From NCBI GenBank assembly GCA_016218045.1, contig JACRFB010000010.1:8101-72100 (forward strand): a stretch of 64,000 bases of DNA, read 5' to 3'. Shown here piece after piece: positions 47,367-57,272 of the stretch (its first letter is position 1; every line of letters begins with the position of its first letter). The translations under genes and the position numbers were made by a program. The DNA comes from Ignavibacteriota bacterium. Lineage in GTDB: Bacteria; Bacteroidota; Ignavibacteria; SZUA-365. A model generated the notes under the pieces. That model was not told the DNA's origin. It saw only the letters and a list, made by a program, of their open reading frames with translations, and did no database searches.

Positions 47367-50300
47367 TTACTTCAGGAAACCGGCAATCAGTGCGAGGAGC
47401 TGTTCGCGCTGAAAGGGTTTCGGAAGGTACTCGTTGCACCCCGCGTCAAAGCAGCGCTGGCGGTCCGCCGGAAAGGCGTGCGCGGTCAACGCGATGATGG
47501 GGAGGGTCGAGAACCGGGCCTCCGTACGCAGCGACTGCGTGAACTGCAGCCCGTCCATGTCTCCGTGCAGGGAGATGTCCATCAGAATAATGTCGATGCG
47601 CTGCGCGTTCAGGATCTCGAGCGCCTGCGGAGCCGACGAGGCGACACGTACATTGTAGTGTCGCGAAAGGAGCAGCGACATGTACTGCTGGCTCTGGATG
47701 TCGTCCTCCACCACAAGCACGCAACGCGCCGCCGCGTCGTGCGCATTGCGCGCGGAATTTTCGCCCGAGGCGGAGTCGCCCGCGATGGAGCCGCTGCCCG
47801 CATCGAGCGGGAAGAATAGGGTGCACACGGTTCCGTGTCCTTTGTGACTGTCTATCGATATCATGCCCTTGCTCACTTCCACGTAATGGCGTGTCAGTGC
47901 CATGCCGAGTCCCAGCCCCTCGAAGGGCCGCGTTGTGCCCGAAGATTCCTGGGAGAATTTTTCGAATATTCTCGGGAGGTATTCATCCGATATTCCGATT
48001 CCCGAGTCGGCTACGTCGATGCGCGCCCACGCATCCTCGATGGCGACACTGATGATGACGTTTCCCCGCTCCGTGAATTTAATGGCGTTGTCGAGCAGGT
48101 TTATCAGGGCCTGCTCAAGTGTGTAGCGATCGACGGTCGAGAACGCCGCGAGACAGGTGCTCTCGTGTTTCAGCGCGACCCCCTTTGCCTCGGCAATCGG
48201 CCGCATGTCGGTGGCGAGCGACTCGGCGACGTCGACGAGGTTGACGGTTTCGAAACGCGGTGTGTATGTGCCGGCCTGTATGCTTGAAATGTTCAGGATT
48301 TGCTCGACTGTGCGCAGGAGGCGGCGGCCGGAGCGCTCGATGGTGCGGAAAAATATGAGGTGTTCGGCATCGATGCGGTCGCGGTACATCTCGGAGATCA
48401 AATCCATGAATCCGATGATCACATTCAGCGGCGTGCGGATCTCGTGCGACATGTTGGCGATGAAGATATCCTTCAGTTGATGCGACTTCTCGGCGCTCTC
48501 CTTTGCCGCGATCAGCGCGTCCTTCGCCTCGCGGCGCAGTGTCACGTCGTTCGCCACGCTCAGTATGCCGGGTGAACCGTCGGGCAATGTCATGGCGGTT
48601 TCGCGCAGTTCCATCCAGCAGGTGCTGCCGTCCTTGCGAATGTTCATCACCTCGTGCTCCATCACCTCGCCGGCGATGATGCGGGCCGCGTGTCCGTCGA
48701 TGAGATGGTGTTCATCTGGAGGGACGACGATGCGGATGTTCTTCCCGATAAGTTCCTCCCTGCCGTAGCCGAACGCCGCGCTCAACGAGGGATTGATGTC
48801 GAGTATCGTCCCGTGCGCGTCTTCCACGATGATCCCCGAGGGAGAGAGGTCGAAAAGAGCCCGGTAACGACGTTCGTTTTCGCGCAGCGTCTGCTCGGCG
48901 GATTTCCACGCGGTCACGTCGGTCATCATGCCGACCATGCGTGAGTGTTTCCCGTCGATGGGATCGAGGAAAAATCCCCTGTCGAGGAACCACACCCAGG
49001 CGCCGGACTTGTGACGGAAACGGTACTCCACTTCGTAGGCGGAACCGGCCTCCTCCGCTTGTGATAAAAGCAGGAGCGACAGCTCGCGATCCTCAGGGTG
49101 GATCAGGTCGGACCACTGCGCGATCCCCGCGTTCATTTCCTCGAGCGAGTAGCCAAGGACGGTATCGATGGATCCGCCCCATTGAATTGCGCCGCTCTGA
49201 ACATCATAATCGTACACGATCTGCCCCGAGGCTGCGGTGACGCTTTCATAGAGGGTTTTCCAGCGTTCGATTTCCCGCTCGGCGGCGGTGCGATCGGTGA
49301 CGTCACGCGCAATAGCGAGGCGCGGTCCTAGTTCGAGGTCCTCCGCGGGCATGGGAACAACCAGCGTCTCGTACACACGGGCGCCGACGCGGCTTATTCT
49401 GCCGGTCCGCACATCGTTGTCCGCTCCCGAAAAAAGGGTCCGCAGCGAATTCTCCGCCTCCGCGTCCCCGCCGCGGGGAAGCAGGGATTCCCATTTGCGG
49501 CCGATTGCCATCTCGGGTGTCAGCCCGATAATCGCCGCGCCGACACCGTTGCAGTACGAGAGCACTTCATCCGCGTCGACAATAAATATTCCGTCAGGCG
49601 CGGCTTCTGCCAGCGTACGATAGCGTTCCTCGCTGCGGCGCAGGGCGTGCTCCGCCATGCGTCGCCCGGTGATGTCGCGCGCGAAGCCGACGAATTCGAT
49701 GGGTTTCCCCGTCTCGTCGCGTTCGATGTTGACCGTGACATCGGCCCAGAGCACGCTCCCGTCCTTGCGCATATACCGTTTCTCGAAGCGTGTCGACGAG
49801 CGTCCCTCCGTCATCATCGCATGCATCAACATCTCCTCGCGTGCGATATCGTCGGGATGTGTGAAATCGTAGGGGGTCATGCTCGACAATTCGCTCTGCG
49901 AATAGCCCGTCAATGCGGCGAACGCGGCATTGGTCTCGCAAATGCGGTACGCGCCGTCGACGCGCACAAAGCCGACCGCGGAATCCTCGTACACGCCGCG
50001 GTACTTCTCCATGCCGCGCTGCAAGTCGGCGTATTTCTCACATTCCACGCTGATATCGGTGAGCACGGCAACGAGCTGAACGGGCCGGCCATCCGCCGAT
50101 GCGGTGGTGAGGCATCGTTCACGCAGCATGGCCGGGAGTCCGCAGCCCGGAGCTGTGGCGAATTCGATCAGGGTGTTGCCCGGAGTCGAAAGAGCCGAGC
50201 GCACAAGGTCGAGTGTCGTGGCGAGTGCATCAGGGTGGACGATGGCTCTGTGGAGCAGATCCGCGTCAAGGTGGTTTCCGTCAACGCCGAGGGCGGTCCG

Positions 50301-50528
50301 CAACGCGGCACTCATCGACGCGACTCGATTCTCCCGCAAGTCCACGACATACACCAAGTCACCGAGTGCTTCGAGAACGGTTGCAAAATCCACGGTCGCC
50401 AAGGCATCGCTGTGCCCGCGCTCCTCGTCGGTTGGGTGTTCAGTGCCCGCGCTGCGGTTGTGTCGAAAGGCCATCGTGATAGGTGGTCCGTCAGTGCAAT
50501 GATGGAGTTGCGCGCCGGGGCGCAACAC
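47367..50528 (-). CDS. Hybrid sensor histidine kinase/response regulator with multiple PAS domains (PAS x about 5, then HisKA, HATPase_c and REC)
   Basis: Repeated PAS blocks (e.g. ...RFRHKSGAWVWF..., ...IRKDGSTCWMELRE...), H-box NMSHEIRTPLN, GLGLGMAL G-box, C-terminal receiver CVLVVEDD...DIILMDISL. A possible alternative start is at 50474 (MAFRH). Confidence 0.8.
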   Translation of the reverse strand: MLRPGAQLHHCTDGPPITMAFRHNRSAGTEHPTDEERGHSDALATVDFATVLEALGDLVYVVDLRENRVASMSAALRTALGVDGNHLDADLLHRAIVHPDALATTLDLVRSALSTPGNTLIEFATAPGCGLPAMLRERCLTTASADGRPVQLVAVLTDISVECEKYADLQRGMEKYRGVYEDSAVGFVRVDGAYRICETNAAFAALTGYSQSELSSMTPYDFTHPDDIAREEMLMHAMMTEGRSSTRFEKRYMRKDGSVLWADVTVNIERDETGKPIEFVGFARDITGRRMAEHALRRSEERYRTLAEAAPDGIFIVDADEVLSYCNGVGAAIIGLTPEMAIGRKWESLLPRGGDAEAENSLRTLFSGADNDVRTGRISRVGARVYETLVVPMPAEDLELGPRLAIARDVTDRTAAEREIERWKTLYESVTAASGQIVYDYDVQSGAIQWGGSIDTVLGYSLEEMNAGIAQWSDLIHPEDRELSLLLLSQAEEAGSAYEVEYRFRHKSGAWVWFLDRGFFLDPIDGKHSRMVGMMTDVTAWKSAEQTLRENERRYRALFDLSPSGIIVEDAHGTILDINPSLSAAFGYGREELIGKNIRIVVPPDEHHLIDGHAARIIAGEVMEHEVMNIRKDGSTCWMELRETAMTLPDGSPGILSVANDVTLRREAKDALIAAKESAEKSHQLKDIFIANMSHEIRTPLNVIIGFMDLISEMYRDRIDAEHLIFFRTIERSGRRLLRTVEQILNISSIQAGTYTPRFETVNLVDVAESLATDMRPIAEAKGVALKHESTCLAAFSTVDRYTLEQALINLLDNAIKFTERGNVIISVAIEDAWARIDVADSGIGISDEYLPRIFEKFSQESSGTTRPFEGLGLGMALTRHYVEVSKGMISIDSHKGHGTVCTLFFPLDAGSGSIAGDSASGENSARNAHDAAARCVLVVEDDIQSQQYMSLLLSRHYNVRVASSAPQALEILNAQRIDIILMDISLHGDMDGLQFTQSLRTEARFSTLPIIALTAHAFPADRQRCFDAGCNEYLPKPFQREQLLALIAGFLK

Positions 50529-50672
50529 AGGCAGCGAGGCGCAGCGGTAGTGTGCCCGCGTGTGTGCCTTGTTCGACTGTGAATCTAGGGCAGTGGGATG
50601 CCAAGGTCAAGACGCCCGGCTCTTTTATTCTGCGATTTCGGCATGTGTATCGCTCCGGGGCGGGCGATGAGG

Positions 50673-51284
50673 TCAGCCGAGCCGCACGATGCGGTCGCAC
50701 TGGTCCACGTCGGACTGATCGTTCGAGGCGATGATCACACATCCCTGCTTTCGCTGGCGGGACACGATCGCATACACGGCGGCTATCCCGTCGGCATCAA
50801 GATTCGAAATCGGTTCGTCAAGAAGAAGGAAGGACGGGTTGTGTATCGTCGCGAAGAGCAGCTTCATGCGCTGTTTCATGCCGGAGGAAAATGCGCGGAT
50901 CGGATCCTTGCGTCCTGGAGGCAGGCCCACTCCCTCGATGCGCGCGCGTAGATCATCGCGCGAGAGCCGCAGTCCGCGCGCATCGGCGTAAAACGCCAGG
51001 TTCTCCTCAGCGCTGAATTCGTCGAACAACTGCAGATACGGGGCCACGAATCCGAGATGCTCGTGCAGGACCTCCATCGGAAGTGTCACACCGTCGCGCG
51101 TGTATTCCACACTCCCGGAGTTCGGCTGCAACAGCCCCGCAATAATTTTGAGCAATGTGGACTTCCCCGACCCGTTGCGGCCCGTAATGCCGACCACTTC
51201 CCCGGCGGACACATCGAACGACACATCGTTCAGGATGCGCGAGCGGTGAAATGACTTTGTGATGTTCCTAACCGCGATCTGCAC
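50673..51284 (-). CDS. ccmA: Short ABC ATPase, CcmA-like (heme exporter ATP-binding protein)
   Basis: 203 aa, Walker A GRNGSGKST, signature-like FSSGMKQR, Walker B LLLDEP. Size and architecture match CcmA, but the call rests mainly on proximity to ccmBCDEF. Confidence 0.65.
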   Translation of the reverse strand: MQIAVRNITKSFHRSRILNDVSFDVSAGEVVGITGRNGSGKSTLLKIIAGLLQPNSGSVEYTRDGVTLPMEVLHEHLGFVAPYLQLFDEFSAEENLAFYADARGLRLSRDDLRARIEGVGLPPGRKDPIRAFSSGMKQRMKLLFATIHNPSFLLLDEPISNLDADGIAAVYAIVSRQRKQGCVIIASNDQSDVDQCDRIVRLG

Positions 51285-51287
51285 GGA

Positions 51288-53012
51288 TCACCTGCGCACG
51301 ATGACAAATTTACCGCTGTGCATCGTGCCGCCAACATTCAACACAAACACGTAGATACCCGACGCGGCATTCTCACCCGCATCGTCGCGGCCGTTCCAGG
51401 CGATGTACCGCCCAAACGTGGGATCACCAAGTATGGCGGCATCCTCGAGCAGCGCGATTCTGTTCATGCTTCCCGTAAAGATCGCAAGCGTGCCGCGCGT
51501 CTGCGGCACGCTGTTCGGCACCGAGACGCGCGCTATGCCGTCACCGGCGGGATCGTACGGATTCGGCGAGAAATAGACTTTTCGATCCGGTATGGCTCCT
51601 TTTGAGTACACGTTCAGGCACAACATGCCGGGGCTTGCGGGAAGGAAGCGGTACCCCCACCCGTTGCCCACCGGCAGATATTCGGCGCCGTATCCGCTGG
51701 TGCGTATGTCGATGGTGAACTGCACGGGGGCACCCCCGCCCCCTGTCGCCGCCTGCACGGCGGCCGTGAGATTCACCTGCGAGACCGAGAATGCCGCGGT
51801 GTCGGCATCCATGGCGGCGCGCATGTACACGGTGGCATAGGGCGAGACCGCGCCCGACAGTGTCGCGCTGCCGTTTGTGACCGCGATGGTTGAAGCGATC
51901 TTTACGGTGGGATACGATGCGGCCTCGTCATACCGTTCCGACGGCGCGGCGTCCGCGGCCCTGTAGCCCGTGTAAAAATTCCAGCGCGCAAAGGCGCAGT
52001 ACTCGATCGAGAGATCGCTCGGATCCGTGCTCGCGCGCAAGGCGTCGTCGAGCGCGAAGTACGGGTGCCGCGAGCGGATCCCCTCCCAGGTCCGGCGCAT
52101 CAGCGTCGTGTCGTGGCGGCGTTCGAGCATTTTCGGCAGAAGGACGAGAGGATACCCGTAGGCGCCCCACGCGTGTATCGAACGTTCGGGGAATGTAAAC
52201 AGCCCGCTGCTGCCGCCGAGGTACTGGTAATAATCGTTGACGTCGGGATACACCTCGTCCTCATAATAGACAGACGTCAGTTCGTGTATGTAGCGGTCGT
52301 CGAGCAAGAGCCCGTAACTTCCCATCTGAATCATATGGTGGAACTCGTGTGCCGCGGTGACTTTGGCGCCCTCGAGTCCCTTCGAAAAATATCCGCCAGC
52401 AAAATCGTTGTCGATCTCAATAAACGACGTGAATATTGGCTGCACGGTCGTGGATGGGATACGATCGACCCATTGCGTATTGCCGTAATCGGACCCCACG
52501 TTGCGGAGGAAGATGTTGTACGTATTCTGCCCCGCTTCGAACGGCGGTGCCTGATAGCCGCGTTGCAGCACTTCCACCACATAGGTGTGATCAAAGAATG
52601 CCGCCACGGCCTCCGCGTATGCGCGCGATGTGCCGCGGATTGGCGTCTCCGTCGCATCGATCATCGCGGCCATGTGCGTACCACTTGTGTCGTAATGGAT
52701 GCGGAAACGTCCGGAAGGACTGAGGAGCGACATGTCGTACGTGGCCGGCGCAAGCAGGCGGCGCATTGTGGCACGGTCCGCCGGCGACATGGTTTCTGCG
52801 CGGCGCGCGGTTTCGATGGTCCAGCCGAAACCGCATCCCGGCACAATACGCTGCTGGAGCGTGTTGCCCGGCGCGCGGCCCGAACGATATTCCGCGAGGC
52901 GCTGAAGGAACTCGGCGTCGCTGAGCGCGCGCAGATCGATGTCCTGCGCGCTAGTCCAGATCGGCGCGATGAACACGAGCACAAGGGCGGAAAGTGAACG
53001 TCGCGTTTTCAT
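51288..53012 (-). CDS. Secreted zinc metalloprotease-like protein (HExxH) with a T9SS C-terminal sorting domain
   Basis: Signal peptide; AAHEFHHMIQ (HExxH). C-terminal KVYFSPNPYDPAGDG...ASGIYVFVLNVGG...GKFVIVRR is CTD-like. Confidence 0.6.
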   Translation of the reverse strand: MKTRRSLSALVLVFIAPIWTSAQDIDLRALSDAEFLQRLAEYRSGRAPGNTLQQRIVPGCGFGWTIETARRAETMSPADRATMRRLLAPATYDMSLLSPSGRFRIHYDTSGTHMAAMIDATETPIRGTSRAYAEAVAAFFDHTYVVEVLQRGYQAPPFEAGQNTYNIFLRNVGSDYGNTQWVDRIPSTTVQPIFTSFIEIDNDFAGGYFSKGLEGAKVTAAHEFHHMIQMGSYGLLLDDRYIHELTSVYYEDEVYPDVNDYYQYLGGSSGLFTFPERSIHAWGAYGYPLVLLPKMLERRHDTTLMRRTWEGIRSRHPYFALDDALRASTDPSDLSIEYCAFARWNFYTGYRAADAAPSERYDEAASYPTVKIASTIAVTNGSATLSGAVSPYATVYMRAAMDADTAAFSVSQVNLTAAVQAATGGGGAPVQFTIDIRTSGYGAEYLPVGNGWGYRFLPASPGMLCLNVYSKGAIPDRKVYFSPNPYDPAGDGIARVSVPNSVPQTRGTLAIFTGSMNRIALLEDAAILGDPTFGRYIAWNGRDDAGENAASGIYVFVLNVGGTMHSGKFVIVRR

Positions 53013-53524
53013 TCGCCGGACCTCGCCATCGCGATGCGCCGCTCGAGCCGCATGTTGCGGCGTATCAACGCCTGGTCGAAACGCCGTGATTCCGCTTCCG
53101 TTTCAGGGATGACCTGCGGACTCTGCGTCGGCGTGCCTTCGGCGTTTAATCCCACAAATGTCATGTACGCGGAATTCGTGTGACGCACTTCCCCGCTGCG
53201 GATGTTCTCGGCGAATACTTTCACGCCGACTTCCATCGAGGTCCGGAACACACGGTTCACCGACGCGCGCAACACAACCACTTCACCCAGGCGGACCGGA
53301 TGCAGGAAATCAATCTGGTCGACGGAGGCCGTAACGCAGACCAAGCCCGCATGGCGCGCCGCGGCGATGGCGGCCGCGATGTCCATCAGGTGCATCAACT
53401 TGCCGCCGAGCAGGTTGCCGAGCTGATTCGTGTCATTCGGAAGCACCAATTCCGTCATCTCGACATGCGAGGCGCGCACGGTATGTTTGCGCGGCAATGA
53501 TTCCATCCCATCCTCCATGGTCAT
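53009..53524 (-). CDS. Acyl-CoA thioesterase (hotdog fold, YciA-like)
   Basis: LPNDTNQLGNLLGGKLMHLMDIAAAIAA hotdog thioesterase motif. The start is taken at ATG 53524 (MTMEDGM). Confidence 0.65.
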   Translation of the reverse strand: MTMEDGMESLPRKHTVRASHVEMTELVLPNDTNQLGNLLGGKLMHLMDIAAAIAAARHAGLVCVTASVDQIDFLHPVRLGEVVVLRASVNRVFRTSMEVGVKVFAENIRSGEVRHTNSAYMTFVGLNAEGTPTQSPQVIPETEAESRRFDQALIRRNMRLERRIAMARSGE

Positions 53525-53537
53525 GTCCCGCGCGGAG

Positions 53538-54314
53538 TCACTTCGGGCGCGCGTTGCTCCGCGTTTCGGCGGGCAGGTCGGCCCGCAGTGCCGCGACATC
53601 GTCGCGAAGCGGACTCGTGGGGTACTTCTCCAGAAACTGTGTGATGCGGTCGCCTGCCGCGGCATATTGTTTGCGCGAGATAAGCGCGCGGATTTTCATC
53701 GCCGCGGCGTCGTCGACGTACTCGGTGCTGTAATACTTGTCGATCACCGTATCGAAGTACACTTCGGCCGCGCGCGCGTTTTCGAGTTTCATGTACAGCA
53801 GGCCCGTGCGATACTCTTTCTCGGCGAGGCGGTTGATGAGGCCCAGCATGTCCTTCTCCGCGTCCGCCGCCTTGGGGTGCTTCGGATTCGTTTCGATAAA
53901 GGTCTGAAGCGCATCGATCGCGCGCATCGTGTAGGTCTGATCGAGCGCGGCCTTGGGCGACAGTTCCACATAACACCGCGCGTACATGTACTGGGCCTCG
54001 GTCTGCAGCGCGGGTGAGGAACTCACCTGTCCGATCTGGCTGAACTCGTAGCTGGCAAGTATGTACTCCTCACGATTGAAGCGGCTCATGCCCATGAAGA
54101 ATCTGGCGCTGTCGGCCACAGGGCTGGTGGGATACTGCAGACGAATCACCTCGAAGTGCTGTATCGCGTCGAAATAATCCTCGTCGGCATACTCGGCCAT
54201 GCCGAGCCGGAAGCGCTGCTCGGCCGTGGGGATATCGGCGGGTGTTGTCGAACTGCAGGCAGCGCAACACACCGCGAGAACCGCGGCTGCGACGATAGGA
54301 AGGGTGCGTGACAT
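53538..54314 (-). CDS. bamD: Outer membrane protein assembly factor BamD (TPR lipoprotein, YfiO family)
   Basis: Lipobox AVCCAACS; TPR-like helical repeats (…YADEDYFDAIQHFEVIRLQYPTSP…, …EKEYRTGLLYMKLENARAAEVYFDTV…). Confidence 0.7.
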   Translation of the reverse strand: MSRTLPIVAAAVLAVCCAACSSTTPADIPTAEQRFRLGMAEYADEDYFDAIQHFEVIRLQYPTSPVADSARFFMGMSRFNREEYILASYEFSQIGQVSSSPALQTEAQYMYARCYVELSPKAALDQTYTMRAIDALQTFIETNPKHPKAADAEKDMLGLINRLAEKEYRTGLLYMKLENARAAEVYFDTVIDKYYSTEYVDDAAAMKIRALISRKQYAAAGDRITQFLEKYPTSPLRDDVAALRADLPAETRSNARPK

Positions 54315-54916
54315 CAGGATCCTCGTACGGTGAAAAGCAACAGAACTATGACCGCCGCGGCTGCGATGGCGGCGATCGGTCCGATGACGCCGTCAAACCA
54401 CGACGGCGACTCGGCGCTGCGATAGTCGGTAAATGCGGGTGCGGTGCCGCGCAGTGTATCCACGCGTTCCGCGCGAAATTCCTTCGACCAGAGTACCGTC
54501 CCCGCGACAGGGTCTGTCGCGACAACACCACATGCTGCAGTCGAACGTGCAAAATAGGAAGAATCGGTTACCGAAACAGTGGAGATCGCCATCTCCCGCA
54601 CGTCGACGCGCAGCACGGTCCCCTCTTCCAATCCACCCAGCAGCACACGCGCGTGTACACGCGAGAGTTCTTCGGAAAAGATCTGCAACACCATGGGATG
54701 GGCATCGGACGGCGTCACGCGCAGCGACACGGCGCTGCCGCCGCCGAGGCGCGCTGCTGTCTCGGCCGCGAGGGTCCGCGTCAGCGCGGAAAGCCGTGTG
54801 AGATCTGAAACGTCCGTCCCTGGCGTCTGTCCCGGCGACGTCGTCACAACACAGAAACACAACACGGCCGCGCGGACCCCGGCACAAAGCAAGACGCGTA
54901 CGGGTTTCGGAATCAT
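54314..54916 (-). CDS. Hypothetical envelope protein with an N-terminal signal/anchor and a C-terminal TM tail
   Basis: Hydrophobic N-terminus (VLLCAGVRAAVLCFCVV) and C-terminal helix (GPIAAIAAAAVIVLLLF); start/stop overlaps with both neighbouring genes. Confidence 0.4.
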   Translation of the reverse strand: MIPKPVRVLLCAGVRAAVLCFCVVTTSPGQTPGTDVSDLTRLSALTRTLAAETAARLGGGSAVSLRVTPSDAHPMVLQIFSEELSRVHARVLLGGLEEGTVLRVDVREMAISTVSVTDSSYFARSTAACGVVATDPVAGTVLWSKEFRAERVDTLRGTAPAFTDYRSAESPSWFDGVIGPIAAIAAAAVIVLLLFTVRGS

Positions 54917-55929
54917 GCGCCGATGTCTCCCGTGCCCGTATCCGCCTGTTGTGACGACGAAAGCACATCCTCGATCAAGCCGTCGAGATCCTCGAACTGT
55001 TCCGCGTCAAGCCGCTGCTGCAGTGCCTGTTTCTCGGTGTTCCACACGGTGCGGACAGCATAGAGGTCGCCCTTTGCGATGATCCACACCACATAGCGGA
55101 GGAAGGAATCGTACAGGGCGGCCGCGCGCGCCGCGTCGAAGCGTCCCGACGTGACGGCCAGGCGCGTGTATTCGGCCCGCCCCTCGGCGATGCGGGTGTC
55201 GTAATATGCTCTGAATCGGATATTATTTTCCGCATACTCGCTCCCGTTGAACGAGTGGATCTCGGCTGTGTACGCAACGACGTCGGCACGCGGGGTGACA
55301 CCCCAGTATTGTCCCGTCACGAGAATTTCCGGCACATCGTCGCCATCGATGTCGCGGAGTTCGGGTGCGCCGCTTTCAGCGACGAAGAGTACCGAGAGAC
55401 TCCCGTCCTTGCGAAATCCGTACACTGCGAGTCCTGTCGATGCGACCGGATCGTTTCCCCCGGTGTTCGTCGTGGCGAGTATCTCGAGTTTTCCTCTCCG
55501 GGTGATGTCGCGGAATTCCACCGTCTCGCCATTTTGTACCGGATCGACAAACATGGAACCCCACACGCCCCTCGATGTATCGAAGGCGAAAATCTCGAGC
55601 CGGTCGAATTGCCGGGGCAGCGCGGGATTCCCCTGTTCGAATGCGTCGCGCGAGGTGATGACAAATTCGTCGATTCCGTTCCGGTCGAGGTCGACGCGAA
55701 TGCTGTCGAGTATGAGCCGCGACGAATCGTAGGGTTGGAAGGTCGGGCCCGTCCATTCACGGACGGGCGCCTGCTCCGCGGGCGTGTCCCGGGTGCCGCA
55801 TCCGGCGGCGAGAATACACAACAAGGCGGCGCACAGAGCGCTCCCGAGTGTTTGTGTCCGTCGCGGCAATCGCGGCGCCCGCCAATGAGACACTACAAAA
55901 CACGCGCGCATGTCTCGTGTTCCGTTCAC
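54913..55929 (-). CDS. Hypothetical lipoprotein with FG-GAP/calcium-binding-like repeats
   Basis: Lipobox LAAGCG; DxDxDG-like loops (DLDRNGIDEF, DIDGDDVPEI). An alternative start is at 55911. Confidence 0.45.
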   Translation of the reverse strand: MNGTRDMRACFVVSHWRAPRLPRRTQTLGSALCAALLCILAAGCGTRDTPAEQAPVREWTGPTFQPYDSSRLILDSIRVDLDRNGIDEFVITSRDAFEQGNPALPRQFDRLEIFAFDTSRGVWGSMFVDPVQNGETVEFRDITRRGKLEILATTNTGGNDPVASTGLAVYGFRKDGSLSVLFVAESGAPELRDIDGDDVPEILVTGQYWGVTPRADVVAYTAEIHSFNGSEYAENNIRFRAYYDTRIAEGRAEYTRLAVTSGRFDAARAAALYDSFLRYVVWIIAKGDLYAVRTVWNTEKQALQQRLDAEQFEDLDGLIEDVLSSSQQADTGTGDIGA

Positions 55930-56681
55930 CAGTCCCCGCTCGAGCCGCCGCCGCCGAAACTCCCGCCGCCCCCGGAAAAGCCGCCGAAATCGCTGCCGGA
56001 CGACCAGCCGGATCCGCCGCCGCTCCCGAATCCGCCGAAAGGTGTCGGCAGGAAAAAGATCCCGCCGCCGCGTCCGCCGCGGCCTTTTTTCATTGCCCGC
56101 ACGACGATGATGATGAGGATGATGAAGAAGACAATACTGCCCACGTTGGTCTTTTTCTCTCGTCGCGCGGGTTTTCTTTCGGGCGCCGTGTACTCGCCTT
56201 GGGCCGCCTTCATCGCCGCATCCATGCCCGCGCTGATCCCGCCGGCATAATCGCCTTCGCGGAACCGCGGCACAACCGCGTCGCGGATGATCGACGAGGT
56301 CAGCGCGTCGGTCAATGCGCCTTCGAGGCCGTAGCCGACCTCGAAGCGCATTTTCCTGTCGTCGATGGACACGAGGAACAGCAGGCCGTTATCGCGCCCT
56401 TTGCGTCCTATGCCGTTCTTCTCCGCAATGCGGAGCGCGGCGTCCTCGATGTTCTCGCCCTGCAGGTCGCGCACAACGACCACGACGAACTGGCTCGATG
56501 TGGCCTCGTCGTAGGCGCGCAGGCGGGCGTTGAGTTCGTCGGCCGCTGTGGATGGAAGCACGGCCGCGAAATCGTTTACGTAGCGCGTCAGCGTCGGGGT
56601 TTCCTGCGCACGAATCGGAAATGGGGCGCAGGCGGCGAAACACAGCAGCGCAACCGCGATATGACGCAGGCGCGCGGCCAC
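55926..56681 (-). CDS. TPM-domain protein (YgcG/TLP18.3/Psb32-like, putative phosphatase) with a Gly-rich C-terminal tail
   Basis: Signal peptide; TPM-like N-domain (LTRYVNDFAAVL...LLFLVSIDDRKMRFEVGYGLEG); TM; then a G/S-rich tail. Confidence 0.7.
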   Translation of the reverse strand: MAARLRHIAVALLCFAACAPFPIRAQETPTLTRYVNDFAAVLPSTAADELNARLRAYDEATSSQFVVVVVRDLQGENIEDAALRIAEKNGIGRKGRDNGLLFLVSIDDRKMRFEVGYGLEGALTDALTSSIIRDAVVPRFREGDYAGGISAGMDAAMKAAQGEYTAPERKPARREKKTNVGSIVFFIILIIIVVRAMKKGRGGRGGGIFFLPTPFGGFGSGGGSGWSSGSDFGGFSGGGGSFGGGGSSGDW

Positions 56682-57272
56682 TTAGAAAGAGACCTTCGGT
56701 GCCTGGTCGGCTCCCTGCGTTGCCGAGAAGTAGGCCTTCTCCTTGAATCCGCCGAGGGACGCGATGATGCTGGTCGGTATGCGTTTTATCCGCGTGTTGT
56801 ATTCCTGGGCGGCCTCGATAAACCTCTTGCGCTCGACGGCGATGCGGTTCTCGGTTCCCTCGAGCTGCGATTGCAGGGCGAGGAAATTCTGATTCGATTT
56901 CAGATCGGGATAGTTCTCGGTCACCGCGAGCAGGCGCGACAACGCGCCGCCAAGCTGGCTCTGCGCCTGTTCAAAACGCGAAAATGCCGCGGGATCGTCG
57001 AGAATCTCCTTCGAGACGTTCATCTGTCCCACGCGGGAGCGCATCTCGGTGACTTCGGTCAGCACCGAACTTTCCTGCTTCGCGTACCCCTTGACGGTCT
57101 CCACAAGATTCGGGATAAGGTCCAGTCGGCGTTGGTACACGTTCTCGACCTGGCTCCACTTGGCGGTCACGTTTTCCTGCGATGACACGAGGCCATTGTG
57201 CACGTTGATGTACCAGATCACCAGTACCAGGACGATGCCGAGACCGATGAAGAGGGTTGTGTACTTTTTCAT
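56682..57272 (-). CDS. lemA: LemA-family protein
   Basis: N-terminal TM plus conserved LemA core (QRRLDLIPNLVETVKGYAKQES...ENYPDLKSNQNF). The start is taken at ATG 57272 (MKKYTT). Confidence 0.8.
   Translation of the reverse strand: MKKYTTLFIGLGIVLVLVIWYINVHNGLVSSQENVTAKWSQVENVYQRRLDLIPNLVETVKGYAKQESSVLTEVTEMRSRVGQMNVSKEILDDPAAFSRFEQAQSQLGGALSRLLAVTENYPDLKSNQNFLALQSQLEGTENRIAVERKRFIEAAQEYNTRIKRIPTSIIASLGGFKEKAYFSATQGADQAPKVSF

Noticed and set aside
55848-57185. 445-aa plus-strand ORF
   Set aside because: Antisense to the TPM and LemA genes; low-complexity Ala/Arg-rich translation typical of a GC-rich antisense frame.
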